From an uncultured Christensenellaceae bacterium (GTDB lineage Bacteria > Bacillota > Clostridia > Christensenellales > CAG-1252), in contig CAYMNK010000002.1 in assembly GCA_964391805.1 (NCBI GenBank), positions 19,671-83,670 on the forward strand: a stretch of DNA of 64,000 nucleotides, read 5' to 3'. The notes beneath the pieces are model-generated. The model was not told the DNA's origin, made no database searches, and was given only the letters and a program-made list of their open reading frames with translations. The position numbers were made by a program, and so were the translations under genes. Numbering within the stretch: the stretch's first letter is position 1; each line of letters opens with the position of its first letter. Shown here one piece after another: positions 1 to 7,815 of this stretch.

Positions 1-921
1 AATCATCGGGGAAATCATAGGAGTGGTGATTTTCCATAGTATAGTGGACTTAGAAGCTCCGTCAACCTTGGCTGCATCATAATACTGTTTGTTAACGCTT
101 TGGAGTGAGCTGAACAGAATCAATATCTTAAAAGGAAGGCCTGCCCATATCTCATATACTATAACAACGATATACTTCGCCCAAGGAATAGTTAACGAAC
201 CTATGTGCCATGTCGGAGAACCTATATTCATCCAATTAATAGGTTCTACTCCGAACAACCCTAAAAAGTTGTTTACCAAACCATATGTATCTGGGGCTGA
301 CGGTGTGCCTACTACAGTAAAGAAGGTAGCAAAAACAGCACCCATTGCCAAAGAGTTAGTCAAGTAAGGTAAGAATAGAACTGTTTGATAAGCCTTTTGC
401 AGAGGTTTAATAGATGTCAACGCAACTGCAATCAAAAGAGCAAGTAAGGTTGAAAGCGGTACGGATACAAGGGTAAACACCATTGTATTAACCAAACATT
501 GAAGGAAGCTTGCGCCACCGGTACCGGTATCGCCCTTAAGTACACGAATAAAGTTCTCGAAGCCCCAACCATCGAATCTACCGGTCAAACCGTTATATCC
601 TTGTTTAAAAGCACCGACAAATGCGTTAACGATGGGATAGAAGGTAAAGACTGCCATAAGAATTAGTGCGGGAAGTACGAAAAGCCAGCCCGACTGAGAC
701 TTAAGGAATCTCCTAACCTTTTCGCCCGTACTGAGAGTGGAGGCTTGATCAACTATAGTGACGCCCTCTATCTCATATACGGCATTATTATTCTTTTTAA
801 ATAAACCTTTGAATTTATCACCGAGGTCGGAGAAAAAGTTATTTTTCTTCTGTTCGAGATTTTCTACTTCTTCCTCAGTGGTAATCTCATCGATTCTTTC
901 GTCTAAATCATTCTGCGACAT
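1..921 (-). CDS. Sugar-type ABC transporter permease (MalF/UgpA-like); C-terminus lies beyond window start
   Basis: Not in the ORF track because it runs off the window. The minus-strand frame from ATG 921-919 stays open to nt 1. My translation is MSQNDLDERIDEITTEEEVENLEQ...SGWLFVLPALILMAVFTFYPIVNAF...LFSSLQSVNKQYYDAAKVDGASKSTILWKITTPMISPMI. It has several hydrophobic spans and an EAA-loop-like DAAxxDGA motif. The start overlaps the ATPase stop (TAATG). Confidence 0.8.
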   Translation of the reverse strand, partial: MSQNDLDERIDEITTEEEVENLEQKKNNFFSDLGDKFKGLFKKNNNAVYEIEGVTIVDQASTLSTGEKVRRFLKSQSGWLFVLPALILMAVFTFYPIVNAFVGAFKQGYNGLTGRFDGWGFENFIRVLKGDTGTGGASFLQCLVNTMVFTLVSVPLSTLLALLIAVALTSIKPLQKAYQTVLFLPYLTNSLAMGAVFATFFTVVGTPSAPDTYGLVNNFLGLFGVEPINWMNIGSPTWHIGSLTIPWAKYIVVIVYEIWAGLPFKILILFSSLQSVNKQYYDAAKVDGASKSTILWKITTPMISPMI

Positions 922-1994
922 TATAAGATCCTCTCTTCGGTTTCAGCATTAAATAGGAATACTTTATTAGGTTTCAAATTAAATCTAAACGCACCGAGTT
1001 GTTCGGGAAGTTTGACGTCGGAGTCAACTATAGAACGAACGGTAGGTTTATTAGAGCAAACGTGGCGAGATACGATAGATTTATCTCTACCCATAACCTC
1101 GATGTGGTCAACGTCGAGTGTCAAAACGCCGTTTTCGTCATAGATAAATCCTTCGGGACGGATACCGACCTTGATATTTTGATCTTCGAGGTCTGTACTC
1201 ATAACAACTTCTTCACCGATGTAAACGAGATGATTCTCGATTCTACCGTCGAAGATATTGATAGGAGGCGTACCTAAGAAGTTAGCTACGAATAGGTTAG
1301 CCGGATCGTCATAGATGGATTGAGGTTCACCGATTTGTTGAACAAGACCGAGTTTCATAACAACCATGATATCGCAAATAGACATTGCTTCTTCTTGGTC
1401 GTGGGTAACGAATACGGTGGTGATACCTGTTTCACGTTGGATACGCTTGATCTCCTCACGAGTTTGCAATCTCAAACGAGCGTCGAGGTTGGACAAAGGT
1501 TCGTCAAGAAGTAACACATTAGGCATCTTAACTAATGCACGAGCAATAGCTACACGTTGCTGTTGACCGCCGGATAATTCGGACGGTTTACGAGCTAACA
1601 ATTCTTCGATTTGAACGAGACGTGCGGCATCGAGCGCCTTAGCCTTAGCCTCTTCCTTGGGAATACGCATATTCAACAAGGGGAACATAATGTTTTGTTC
1701 AACCGTCATATGAGGATAAAGCGCATAGTTTTGGAATACTAAGCCGATACCTCTTCTTTCGGGAGCAAGGGTGGTTACATCTTGTTCGTCAAAGAAAATG
1801 TTACCTTGAGTGGGCGCCTCTAAGCCGCTAAGCATAAAAAGCGTCGTCGATTTTCCGCATCCGGAAGGTCCAAGTAAGCCTACAAGCTTACCGGAAGGGA
1901 TTTCTATAGACATATCGTTAACTGCAACGACAGGTTTACCCTTCTTCTCTCTTGACGGAAATACCTTAGTTAAGTGTTGAATCGAAATCTTCAT
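921..1994 (-). CDS. ABC transporter ATP-binding protein, MalK/UgpC/MsmX family
   Basis: Walker A GPSGCGKST, signature LSGGQQQRVAIARAL, Walker B LLLDEPLSNLD, H-loop FVTHDQ, and a MalK-like C-terminal domain. GAGGA lies about 10 nt upstream of the ATG. Confidence 0.95.
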   Translation of the reverse strand: MKISIQHLTKVFPSREKKGKPVVAVNDMSIEIPSGKLVGLLGPSGCGKSTTLFMLSGLEAPTQGNIFFDEQDVTTLAPERRGIGLVFQNYALYPHMTVEQNIMFPLLNMRIPKEEAKAKALDAARLVQIEELLARKPSELSGGQQQRVAIARALVKMPNVLLLDEPLSNLDARLRLQTREEIKRIQRETGITTVFVTHDQEEAMSICDIMVVMKLGLVQQIGEPQSIYDDPANLFVANFLGTPPINIFDGRIENHLVYIGEEVVMSTDLEDQNIKVGIRPEGFIYDENGVLTLDVDHIEVMGRDKSIVSRHVCSNKPTVRSIVDSDVKLPEQLGAFRFNLKPNKVFLFNAETEERIL

Positions 1995-2000
1995 AAAGCT

Positions 2001-3236
2001 TTAGTCCTCACGTTTTATAATCTTGAATGTTATTATTTTTTGATATCCTTCTGCCACGAGGGTTTCGGGAAGATCTTTGGTTACGTATTTATCGTCCAAG
2101 TCAATCCAGAGATTGACGTATTCGCCTGCTTTGACTTGTTCGGTCGATGCATAGTTACGACCTTTGAGAAGTACAAACGCCACGCCCGAATCTTCGTTAG
2201 AATACCTTATTTGTACGCTTCCGTCGAAATTCTCTATAGCGGATACGTCGGCTTGAAGCGTCACTTTACAGAAATAGTCGTGTCCGAATACTTCATTATA
2301 TTTAGGTCTCTTCTCTTTGAATTTGACCTTGAATACCTTGACAAGTAACCACTTAAAGAACTTAATAATATAACGACCGCCAAGTGCGATATCACCGATA
2401 ACGTAGATACATATGAAGTATACTATTACAACTATCGTTGCGGTATGGTCGGCACGTTTTTTAATCGACTCGACCTCTACCGGTGTACTCTGTTTAGTGT
2501 AAGCATCATCGATAGCTAAAAATTGTTCTTCAAGTTGTTTAAGTTCGGTCTCGGCAGAATCACGTTCAGCATCATCGGTTATCCAGGTATATTGATTATT
2601 TTTCTCAATCAAAAGCTCGACATCATCGAAGAACGATTCGGAATAATCGAGTCCTACATCTAACTCGGCAAACGTATTACCGTCCGCATCGATGAGAGTT
2701 ATCTTATCAATGGATTTACATAGATCTTCATATAAATCAATATATATAAATCCGTAATAGTAGTGTGTTGCCGATGTATCGTCAATCTCGTCACCACTCG
2801 AATCGCTATCGAGTAATTCGATATTATGAGTCGCTCCGCTATTATCGGTAACTATCAACTGCGTTTTATTTAAACTCGTCTTGGTTACCTTATAGGTTTC
2901 ACCGACTCCGTATATAAATCCGCCGTATGCCTTATGTATCGCACCGTTGGAAACAGTTTGATCGCCCTTCTCGGCTTCAGTCAAAGTCGCCGAAGAAAAC
3001 AGCACGATTCCACCACCCGACTCAAATTCCTCTTGGTAAACGGGAACACTGTCGTAATACGCAGGTGTGAGCAAATATGCTTCGCTGTATTCCCCTTTTT
3101 CAAGGGCTTCAACTACGTAATCGATAGCATAGTCGTAATAGGCTAAATAATAAGGTACGCTAACGGCAAGTATAAATCCTATAACAAATGTAAACAAATA
3201 ATATAGGACATTAGCAAAAATACGCCCTTTTCTCAT
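2001..3236 (-). CDS. Hypothetical membrane protein (N-terminal TM plus central TM), no family recognised
   Basis: 411-aa ORF, 6 nt upstream of the ABC ATPase. Hydrophobic segments IFANVLYYLFTFVIGFILAVSVPYYL and TIVVIVYFICIYVIGDIAL. No motif recognised. Confidence 0.6.
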   Translation of the reverse strand: MRKGRIFANVLYYLFTFVIGFILAVSVPYYLAYYDYAIDYVVEALEKGEYSEAYLLTPAYYDSVPVYQEEFESGGGIVLFSSATLTEAEKGDQTVSNGAIHKAYGGFIYGVGETYKVTKTSLNKTQLIVTDNSGATHNIELLDSDSSGDEIDDTSATHYYYGFIYIDLYEDLCKSIDKITLIDADGNTFAELDVGLDYSESFFDDVELLIEKNNQYTWITDDAERDSAETELKQLEEQFLAIDDAYTKQSTPVEVESIKKRADHTATIVVIVYFICIYVIGDIALGGRYIIKFFKWLLVKVFKVKFKEKRPKYNEVFGHDYFCKVTLQADVSAIENFDGSVQIRYSNEDSGVAFVLLKGRNYASTEQVKAGEYVNLWIDLDDKYVTKDLPETLVAEGYQKIITFKIIKRED

Positions 3237-3245
3237 TATAGGCCG

Positions 3246-3617
3246 TTATTCCTCTACACTTTCATCGGAAGACTCGACTGCTTCGGCAATATCGCTGTCG
3301 GATATATTGTCGAAACGAGCAACGATTTCCGATGCCTCTTCGTCACCGATTACCGATGATTCTAAGTGTTCGGCAACGAACTCTTCCTCAACTACTTCTT
3401 CTACCACTTCTTCGCTGTCGGCAACGGATTCGCCTTTATTGGCTCTAAACGCAGCCTCACGCTTACGGAGATTCTCTCTCTGCTCCTCATACTGTTTTTT
3501 GTTAAATACGGGAATCAGATAGTAGACCGCTATAATTAATGCAATAGCTACACCGCATCCGATAAAGAATCCGATGTCAACCGATTTTAAACCATTTAGA
3601 AGTAACAAGCCACTCAT
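3246..3617 (-). CDS. Small single-pass membrane protein with a highly acidic C-terminal tail
   Basis: 123-aa ORF with AAGGAG 8 nt upstream of the ATG. N-terminal TM FFIGCGVAIALIIAVYYLIPVF, then an E/D-rich tail. First gene after the long leader. Confidence 0.6.
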   Translation of the reverse strand: MSGLLLLNGLKSVDIGFFIGCGVAIALIIAVYYLIPVFNKKQYEEQRENLRKREAAFRANKGESVADSEEVVEEVVEEEFVAEHLESSVIGDEEASEIVARFDNISDSDIAEAVESSDESVEE

Positions 3618-3663
3618 ACTTTGCTCCTTAATCCATTAGTTATCTCTAAGAGACCATATAAAC

Positions 3664-3703
3664 AAAAAAGTACAATTACGTGGTTAAGCGCAAATTGTAC
3701 TTC
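3664..3703 (-). terminator. Intrinsic terminator inside the leader
   Basis: Minus strand reads (GA)AGTACAATT - 15 nt loop - AATTGTACT followed by TTTTTTG. Confidence 0.7.
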
Positions 3704-3797
3704 TCAATTCCATAATAAAAACACAAGGGGTGCCGAAAAAGACGGTTTGACCCAAATAAGACTTATTTGTTTGTCGTTCGCAACTGATTCTTAACAT
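3684..3797 (-). CDS. Candidate 37-codon leader ORF (MLRISCERQTNKSYLGQTVFFGTPCVFIMELRSTICA)
   Basis: ATG 3797-3795 is preceded by GAGGGT with a 6-nt spacer. The reading frame runs through the 5' arm of the terminator hairpin and stops (TAA, 3686-3684) inside its loop. Too short for the ORF track, and it could be a chance ORF. Confidence 0.25.
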   Translation of the reverse strand: MLRISCERQTNKSYLGQTVFFGTPCVFIMELRSTICA

Positions 3798-3841
3798 TTC
3801 GTTACCCTCGCAGTGTTTTTCAGATAAATCTTAATGAGTTT

Positions 3842-3870
3842 ATTCTAACACCACAGACGATAAAAATCAA
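3842..3870 (-). promoter_or_regulatory. Sigma-A-type promoter TTGATT-17-TGtTAGAAT
   Basis: Read on the minus strand: -35 TTGATT (3870-3865), 17-nt spacer, extended -10 TGTTAGAAT (3850-3842). Confidence 0.55.
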
Positions 3871-4084
3871 CAATTTTCGATAAACTCTCTTAAGATTTTT
3901 TATTAAAATATATAATCAATATATTTAGTACGTGAATTCGTCCCCGATAAATAGCCCAAATAGGGATGAATTCACATACCGTATAACTATTATATACTCT
4001 ATTTAATTATTTTTCAAGACCTAATTTTCCTTTTTTTGAAATAATTTTTTACATTTTTTATAAAATTGCAATATTTATATACCT

Positions 4085-4672
4085 TTATACCTTGAATTCG
4101 TAACGATAGGTCACTTTGGCTCCATCAGTAGACGTGTAAGATATGGTTATATAATTGAAGGTTGCGTCTTTGAAGGATGCCGTTACTGTCATATCGCTAC
4201 ATTCGATATCATTGCCCAAAAATTCCTTAGGAGAGGTAACTTTCGCTTTGAACATCGAAGTTGTGATCGATATATCGGTAAAATATGCTCCATCGAACTT
4301 CAAGCCAATTTCGGTCATTCCGCTAAGGTCGACATCTACTGCGTCGCCTTCGGTGATTGTTAGTTTACCCTCTTTAACGAGTGCTTTGCCCTCAATGGTG
4401 GTTTTAAATTCGCTCAATGCGTCAATGGATAACTCGTTGAGTTTTTCAACGGTGTAGTCGATTTCGTAACCTTCGCCTACTCGCGAGATTTCAAATTCGT
4501 TGGTTAGGCTTACATTATTCTTGAGGGTGGTCACATTGACGGTCCATCCGCTGTAATACTCGGATAGCTTGTCGTTAAGTGCGCCGATTGTCGAATCGCC
4601 TAAGCCGTCACACGCACAAAATACCAATACCAATAAACATAAAACTGCTAATACAGATATAATTCTTTTCAT
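4085..4672 (-). CDS. Secreted protein or putative lipoprotein, unknown function
   Basis: 195 aa with signal-like N-terminus MKRIISVLAVLCLLVLVFCAC|DG (non-canonical lipobox). AAGGAGG lies 8 nt upstream. 13 nt downstream of the nuclease gene. Confidence 0.6.
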   Translation of the reverse strand: MKRIISVLAVLCLLVLVFCACDGLGDSTIGALNDKLSEYYSGWTVNVTTLKNNVSLTNEFEISRVGEGYEIDYTVEKLNELSIDALSEFKTTIEGKALVKEGKLTITEGDAVDVDLSGMTEIGLKFDGAYFTDISITTSMFKAKVTSPKEFLGNDIECSDMTVTASFKDATFNYITISYTSTDGAKVTYRYEFKV

Positions 4673-4685
4673 TGCTCTATCCTCC

Positions 4686-6905
4686 TTACAATAATTTCTT
4701 GATCAACTCAAGCAAGGCACTTGCCACCAATAGGAAGACACCCGATGCGCAAACCGCATTCTCGGTACTTGTTTGGGAAGACTCGTTGATGTCGGAGACA
4801 ACAGCGTTGTAGGCGCTCAATGCCGATTGAAGGGTGGATAATGACGACTTGACTTCGCTATCCTCTTTTTGTTCGGCGGAAAGGGCGTTGTAGGCGCTTA
4901 TTGCCTTATTTAAGCTCTCGTAGCGTTGATACGGTGTGCCGTCTGTTACGATAAGGGATACCGCACTCGTGAACTTATCAATCAATGTTCTGTCCGGCGT
5001 GGGTTCGCCCTTTTGATTAATCTTGACCGATATGGTGGTAGAATTATCACCTGAGGTGATTGTTACCGTTTGTGCAGTGAATACTGTAGAATCAAAACCG
5101 CTAAGTACATAATCATCGATTTCGACTTTGCTTCCGTCCGAATATACTTCGTTTACCGTCAATTTTTCTCTTAGATCGTCTAAAGTTGCGTTATCTTCGT
5201 CAAGCGTTACAGATGAAGGCGTGCATTCAATTGATTCAACGGTCGGCTCTGGATCGTCACCGCCACCGATGTCGCCACCCGAACTGCCGCCGGGGGTTAC
5301 GTATTCAACAATAATACTGTCAAGGTAACTAGCACCTTCCTTTGAATCTAATTCATACGTCAAAGCAAAATAAGTGTCGTTTCCACTAACCGACCAAGTC
5401 ACTCCCTCGGAAGTAACAGTCTGCGTCCCCCAATCATTACCGTTAGTCGGTTTTCCTGTTACTTCAGTATATGCAGACGTTGATGTCAAAAGCTTCCATG
5501 GTCTATCCGTTTTACCTTCATAACCCTTGACTGTTACCGATGTAATATATCCATTCACCGCAACATTACTTGCTAAATAATAACTTGTTTGCTTCTTATT
5601 AAATTGTAAACCGGTCGAAGAATAATTGCCATTGCCTCCATATATAAAAGCAAGACCTCCAATTCCACCTGAACTCCAATCCTTAAAACCGTAGTTTGCA
5701 GTCATATTAAAACTATTCTTATCAATAGTGATATAATTAACTTCACCATCGCCAGAGGAAGATGATTTAGTAACAGTTACGAGTGCTAATACATCTATTT
5801 CGGGATTAGCTACGCTTGTAGCTGTAATAATTGCTTCACCCTCGCCCTTTGCCGTTAAAATACCGCTTGAATTAACAGTAACAACAGAGGTATTATTCGA
5901 CTCCCATGTTACTCTACCGTCAGCAGATGCCGGGTAAGGAGTTACAGATAATTTTTTACTTTGACCAATACTCAATTCTATCACATCGGGAGTAATTGTT
6001 AAATCTTCAAGCTCGGGAACAACTGCAGAATCACCCCAAATTCTATCGGCATAGGTTTGATCATCAATAAATGGGTTTCTATTACCTTGAATAGCATAAA
6101 CAGCATCGTTACGATTACGCTCGATATCGTCTACAGGATCAAGTTTATTCCATTCAAGAAGCAATGCAATTGCAGATGCTTCATTATGAGCACTAACGAC
6201 GTTTGTAAAATTCAAAGTGCCAAAGGAAGCGGAACCGGATCCATTGGTAGTACCACCTACATTTGAATACGTGTTATAGTGAGTATAAACGTACATTACA
6301 ATACGTGCAACGTCACCTTTTACGTTATCAAGAGGTTCGAAAACTTTAAGTGATTTATTGTTATAACCTCCAAGTGCTACAGGATTATCAGATGCGTCTT
6401 CATAGTAAACTTTATAACTGTCGCGTAATTCTAATTCGCCATATTTATTATTACCTCTTGCGCTATTTAAACCGGATTCCACTGGTCTTATGTGATGTAG
6501 GTCGCTACCGCCACCGGAAGTACCCCATAATCCGCCGGATAAACTTTGGCACCATACGTGCTCACGATTCCAAGTTCCTTGATTACCACCACCCCATTTG
6601 GAAGAAATGTTAACCTGAGAATAAAACTCCATAACGTTACCGTTGGTACCGGCATCGGTTTTAAGTATAGTTGAAGGAGTTTTACAATCGGTATAACTCG
6701 TATAGGTTTTATGAGTTGTTGTGATTAAATCGTGTAATTGTCCTAAAAGGGCTGTACCGCTCGATGCAGTAATGGACGAATAATAACTGCTACTATCCGC
6801 AAAAGCATAGTCGGTTTCGATAAAGCCAAGGAAAGAAAATACATTAAGAATTAACGCTACTACCAATAAAAATGATAGAAAACGCGTAAGGTTTAATTTT
6901 TTCAT
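4686..6905 (-). CDS. Cell-surface or secreted nuclease: endonuclease I family domain + Big_2 Ig-like domain + C-terminal hydrophobic anchor
   Basis: N-terminal signal/TM. Endonuclease-I-type motifs WNREHVWCQS and DLHHIRPVESGLNSARGNNKYGE (nt ~6456-6569). Big_2-like LTITPDVIELSIGQSKKLSVTPYPASADGRVTWESNNTSVVTVNSSGILTAKGEGEAIITATS. C-terminal VFLLVASALLELIKKLL. AGGAG lies 5 nt upstream. Confidence 0.8.
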   Translation of the reverse strand: MKKLNLTRFLSFLLVVALILNVFSFLGFIETDYAFADSSSYYSSITASSGTALLGQLHDLITTTHKTYTSYTDCKTPSTILKTDAGTNGNVMEFYSQVNISSKWGGGNQGTWNREHVWCQSLSGGLWGTSGGGSDLHHIRPVESGLNSARGNNKYGELELRDSYKVYYEDASDNPVALGGYNNKSLKVFEPLDNVKGDVARIVMYVYTHYNTYSNVGGTTNGSGSASFGTLNFTNVVSAHNEASAIALLLEWNKLDPVDDIERNRNDAVYAIQGNRNPFIDDQTYADRIWGDSAVVPELEDLTITPDVIELSIGQSKKLSVTPYPASADGRVTWESNNTSVVTVNSSGILTAKGEGEAIITATSVANPEIDVLALVTVTKSSSSGDGEVNYITIDKNSFNMTANYGFKDWSSGGIGGLAFIYGGNGNYSSTGLQFNKKQTSYYLASNVAVNGYITSVTVKGYEGKTDRPWKLLTSTSAYTEVTGKPTNGNDWGTQTVTSEGVTWSVSGNDTYFALTYELDSKEGASYLDSIIVEYVTPGGSSGGDIGGGDDPEPTVESIECTPSSVTLDEDNATLDDLREKLTVNEVYSDGSKVEIDDYVLSGFDSTVFTAQTVTITSGDNSTTISVKINQKGEPTPDRTLIDKFTSAVSLIVTDGTPYQRYESLNKAISAYNALSAEQKEDSEVKSSLSTLQSALSAYNAVVSDINESSQTSTENAVCASGVFLLVASALLELIKKLL

Positions 6906-6964
6906 AAACGCTCCTAAGTATAATTTGTGAATTAAAAAAAACGCATTATATGGTATTTTTATAC

Positions 6965-6993
6965 ATTATACCAAAGTTCTACATGTTTTTCAA
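6965..6993 (-). promoter_or_regulatory. Promoter TTGAAA-17-TGgTATAAT for the nuclease/lipoprotein genes
   Basis: Minus strand: -35 TTGAAA (6993-6988), 17-nt spacer, extended -10 TGGTATAAT (TATAAT = 6970-6965). Confidence 0.65.
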
Positions 6994-7080
6994 CCCCTTT
7001 TTAAGAAATCTTTAATAAAATAAACCACCGTTTTTTGTTTGTATACAATTTAAGGTATCGATAACGCGCCATACCGATTT

Positions 7081-7159
7081 CCGTCCCGTCATACTGAGCG
7101 TAGCGTAAGCGAAGTCGAACTGCAAAGCAGTGCGAGGTGCAAACCGAGCAGTATCTTGG
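7081..7159 (-). repeat. Rep-1 mosaic intergenic repeat, copy e (reverse orientation)
   Basis: The reverse complement reads AAGATACTGC...CTGCTTTGCAGTTCGACTTCGCTTACGCTACGCTCAGTATGACGGGACGG. It shares modules with the copies at 7201, 16644, 23628, 32207 and 32338. Confidence 0.8.
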
Positions 7160-7200
7160 ACCGTAACGAGTAGTCGATTAAACAACATCCTTATTATTAA

Positions 7201-7275
7201 GGAATAAGATTCCGACACCTTTGGTGTCGCCCTTCGGGTTCGACTACAGTCTGTCGATTTCCGCTCAGAATGACA
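7201..7275 (+). repeat. Rep-1 mosaic intergenic repeat, copy a
   Basis: GGAATAAGATTCCGACACCTTTGGTGTCGCCCTTCGGGTTCGACTACAG..CCGCTCAGAATGACA. With copy e it forms a head-to-head inverted pair of about 195 bp. Confidence 0.8.
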
Positions 7276-7389
7276 TTTGATGGTGAGATCTTACGCATTT
7301 TTAGCTCAGTATGACGGCGGACGCACAGTATGACATTTGATGGTATAGTGCTATTCTCTGTTAGGTATGACGCTCAGAATGACAAAAAG

Positions 7390-7420
7390 AAAAAACCTAC
7401 TCGCATATTACGAATAGGTT
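7390..7420 (-). terminator. Intrinsic terminator downstream of tRNA-Val
   Basis: Minus strand: AACCTATTCG-TAATATG-CGAGTAGGTT followed by TTTTTT. Confidence 0.75.
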
Positions 7421-7424
7421 TTAT

Positions 7425-7500
7425 TGGTGGGAACAATAGGGCTCGAACCTATGACCCTCTGCTTGTAAGGCAGATGCTCTCCCAACTGAGCTATGCTCCC
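7425..7500 (-). tRNA. tRNA-Val (anticodon TAC)
   Basis: The reverse complement GGGAGCATAGCTCAGTTGGGAGAGCATCTGCCTTACAAGCAGAGGGTCATAGGTTCGAGCCCTATTGTTCCCACCA folds as a cloverleaf. Anticodon loop CTTACAA, T-loop GGTTCGAGCC, encoded CCA. Confidence 0.92.
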
Positions 7501-7690
7501 GAAGTGAACAGTAATAAGATACCACAAATATTTTAGAATTGCAAGCGTTTTTATGTACTTTTTTAAAAATATTTTTTTATTTGAATTTTTGATGAAAACC
7601 ATTTACTCAGTCTGACTAATTGGTCGCTGTGTTGTTTGCTATGATAAGGATTATTGATAGATTGATGACAAGTTTAGTGCTAAATAAAGA

Positions 7691-7734
7691 GCAAGTGCGA
7701 GGACTTGCTTTGGCGGGCGTTTACTAAACGCCCC
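7691..7734 (+). repeat. Rep-2 unit: GCAAGTGCGAGGACTTGC hairpin + GGCGGGCGTTTACTAAACGCCCC palindrome
   Basis: Repeated directly at 7773-7815. The palindrome module recurs at 10687-10714 and 16749-16768. Confidence 0.8.
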
Positions 7735-7772
7735 TACATGTTTCTGATATGGTTTTGGTTCTCACGTGAAAG

Positions 7773-7815
7773 GCAAGTGCGAGGACTTGCTTTGGCGGGC
7801 GATTACTAATCGCCC
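7773..7815 (+). repeat. Rep-2 unit, second direct copy
   Basis: GCAAGTGCGAGGACTTGCTTTGGCGGGCGATTACTAATCGCCC, 82 nt after the first copy. Confidence 0.8.

Larger units (their letters stand above)
3618..3835 (-). promoter_or_regulatory. ~218-nt 5' leader ending in an intrinsic terminator directly upstream of the SD of the 3246..3617 operon (attenuator or riboswitch candidate, class unknown)
   Basis: The predicted TSS follows the promoter at 3842-3870. The leader contains a possible closing helix (CAC..GAGGG / CCCTT GTG), an internal hairpin CAAATAAG-T-CTTATTTG, and then the terminator at 3664-3703. About 45 nt further on lie AAGGAG and the ATG at 3617. Confidence 0.5.

Noticed and set aside
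89-952. Plus-strand track ORFs 89..367 and 758..952
   Set aside because: They lie antisense to a much better minus-strand frame, the truncated MalF-like permease (1..921) with membrane spans and an EAA-like motif. No SD and no recognisable motifs.
999-3522. Short ORFs (60-124 aa) antisense to the ABC ATPase and the two membrane protein genes
   Set aside because: Each is fully nested antisense within a longer, motif-bearing or better-supported gene. Their composition is low-complexity, as is typical of shadow ORFs.
3700-3835. Assignment of the leader to a specific riboswitch class (c-di-AMP/ydaO, T-box, RAT antiterminator)
   Set aside because: I could not find the conserved core sequences of these classes by eye. 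It is left as unknown class pending a covariance-model scan.
7012-7602. Track ORFs 7012..7218(-), 7330..7536(+) and 7408..7602(-)
   Set aside because: They run through Rep-1 repeat copies and through the tRNA-Val gene itself. They have no SD, and the sequence is explained by repeats plus the tRNA.
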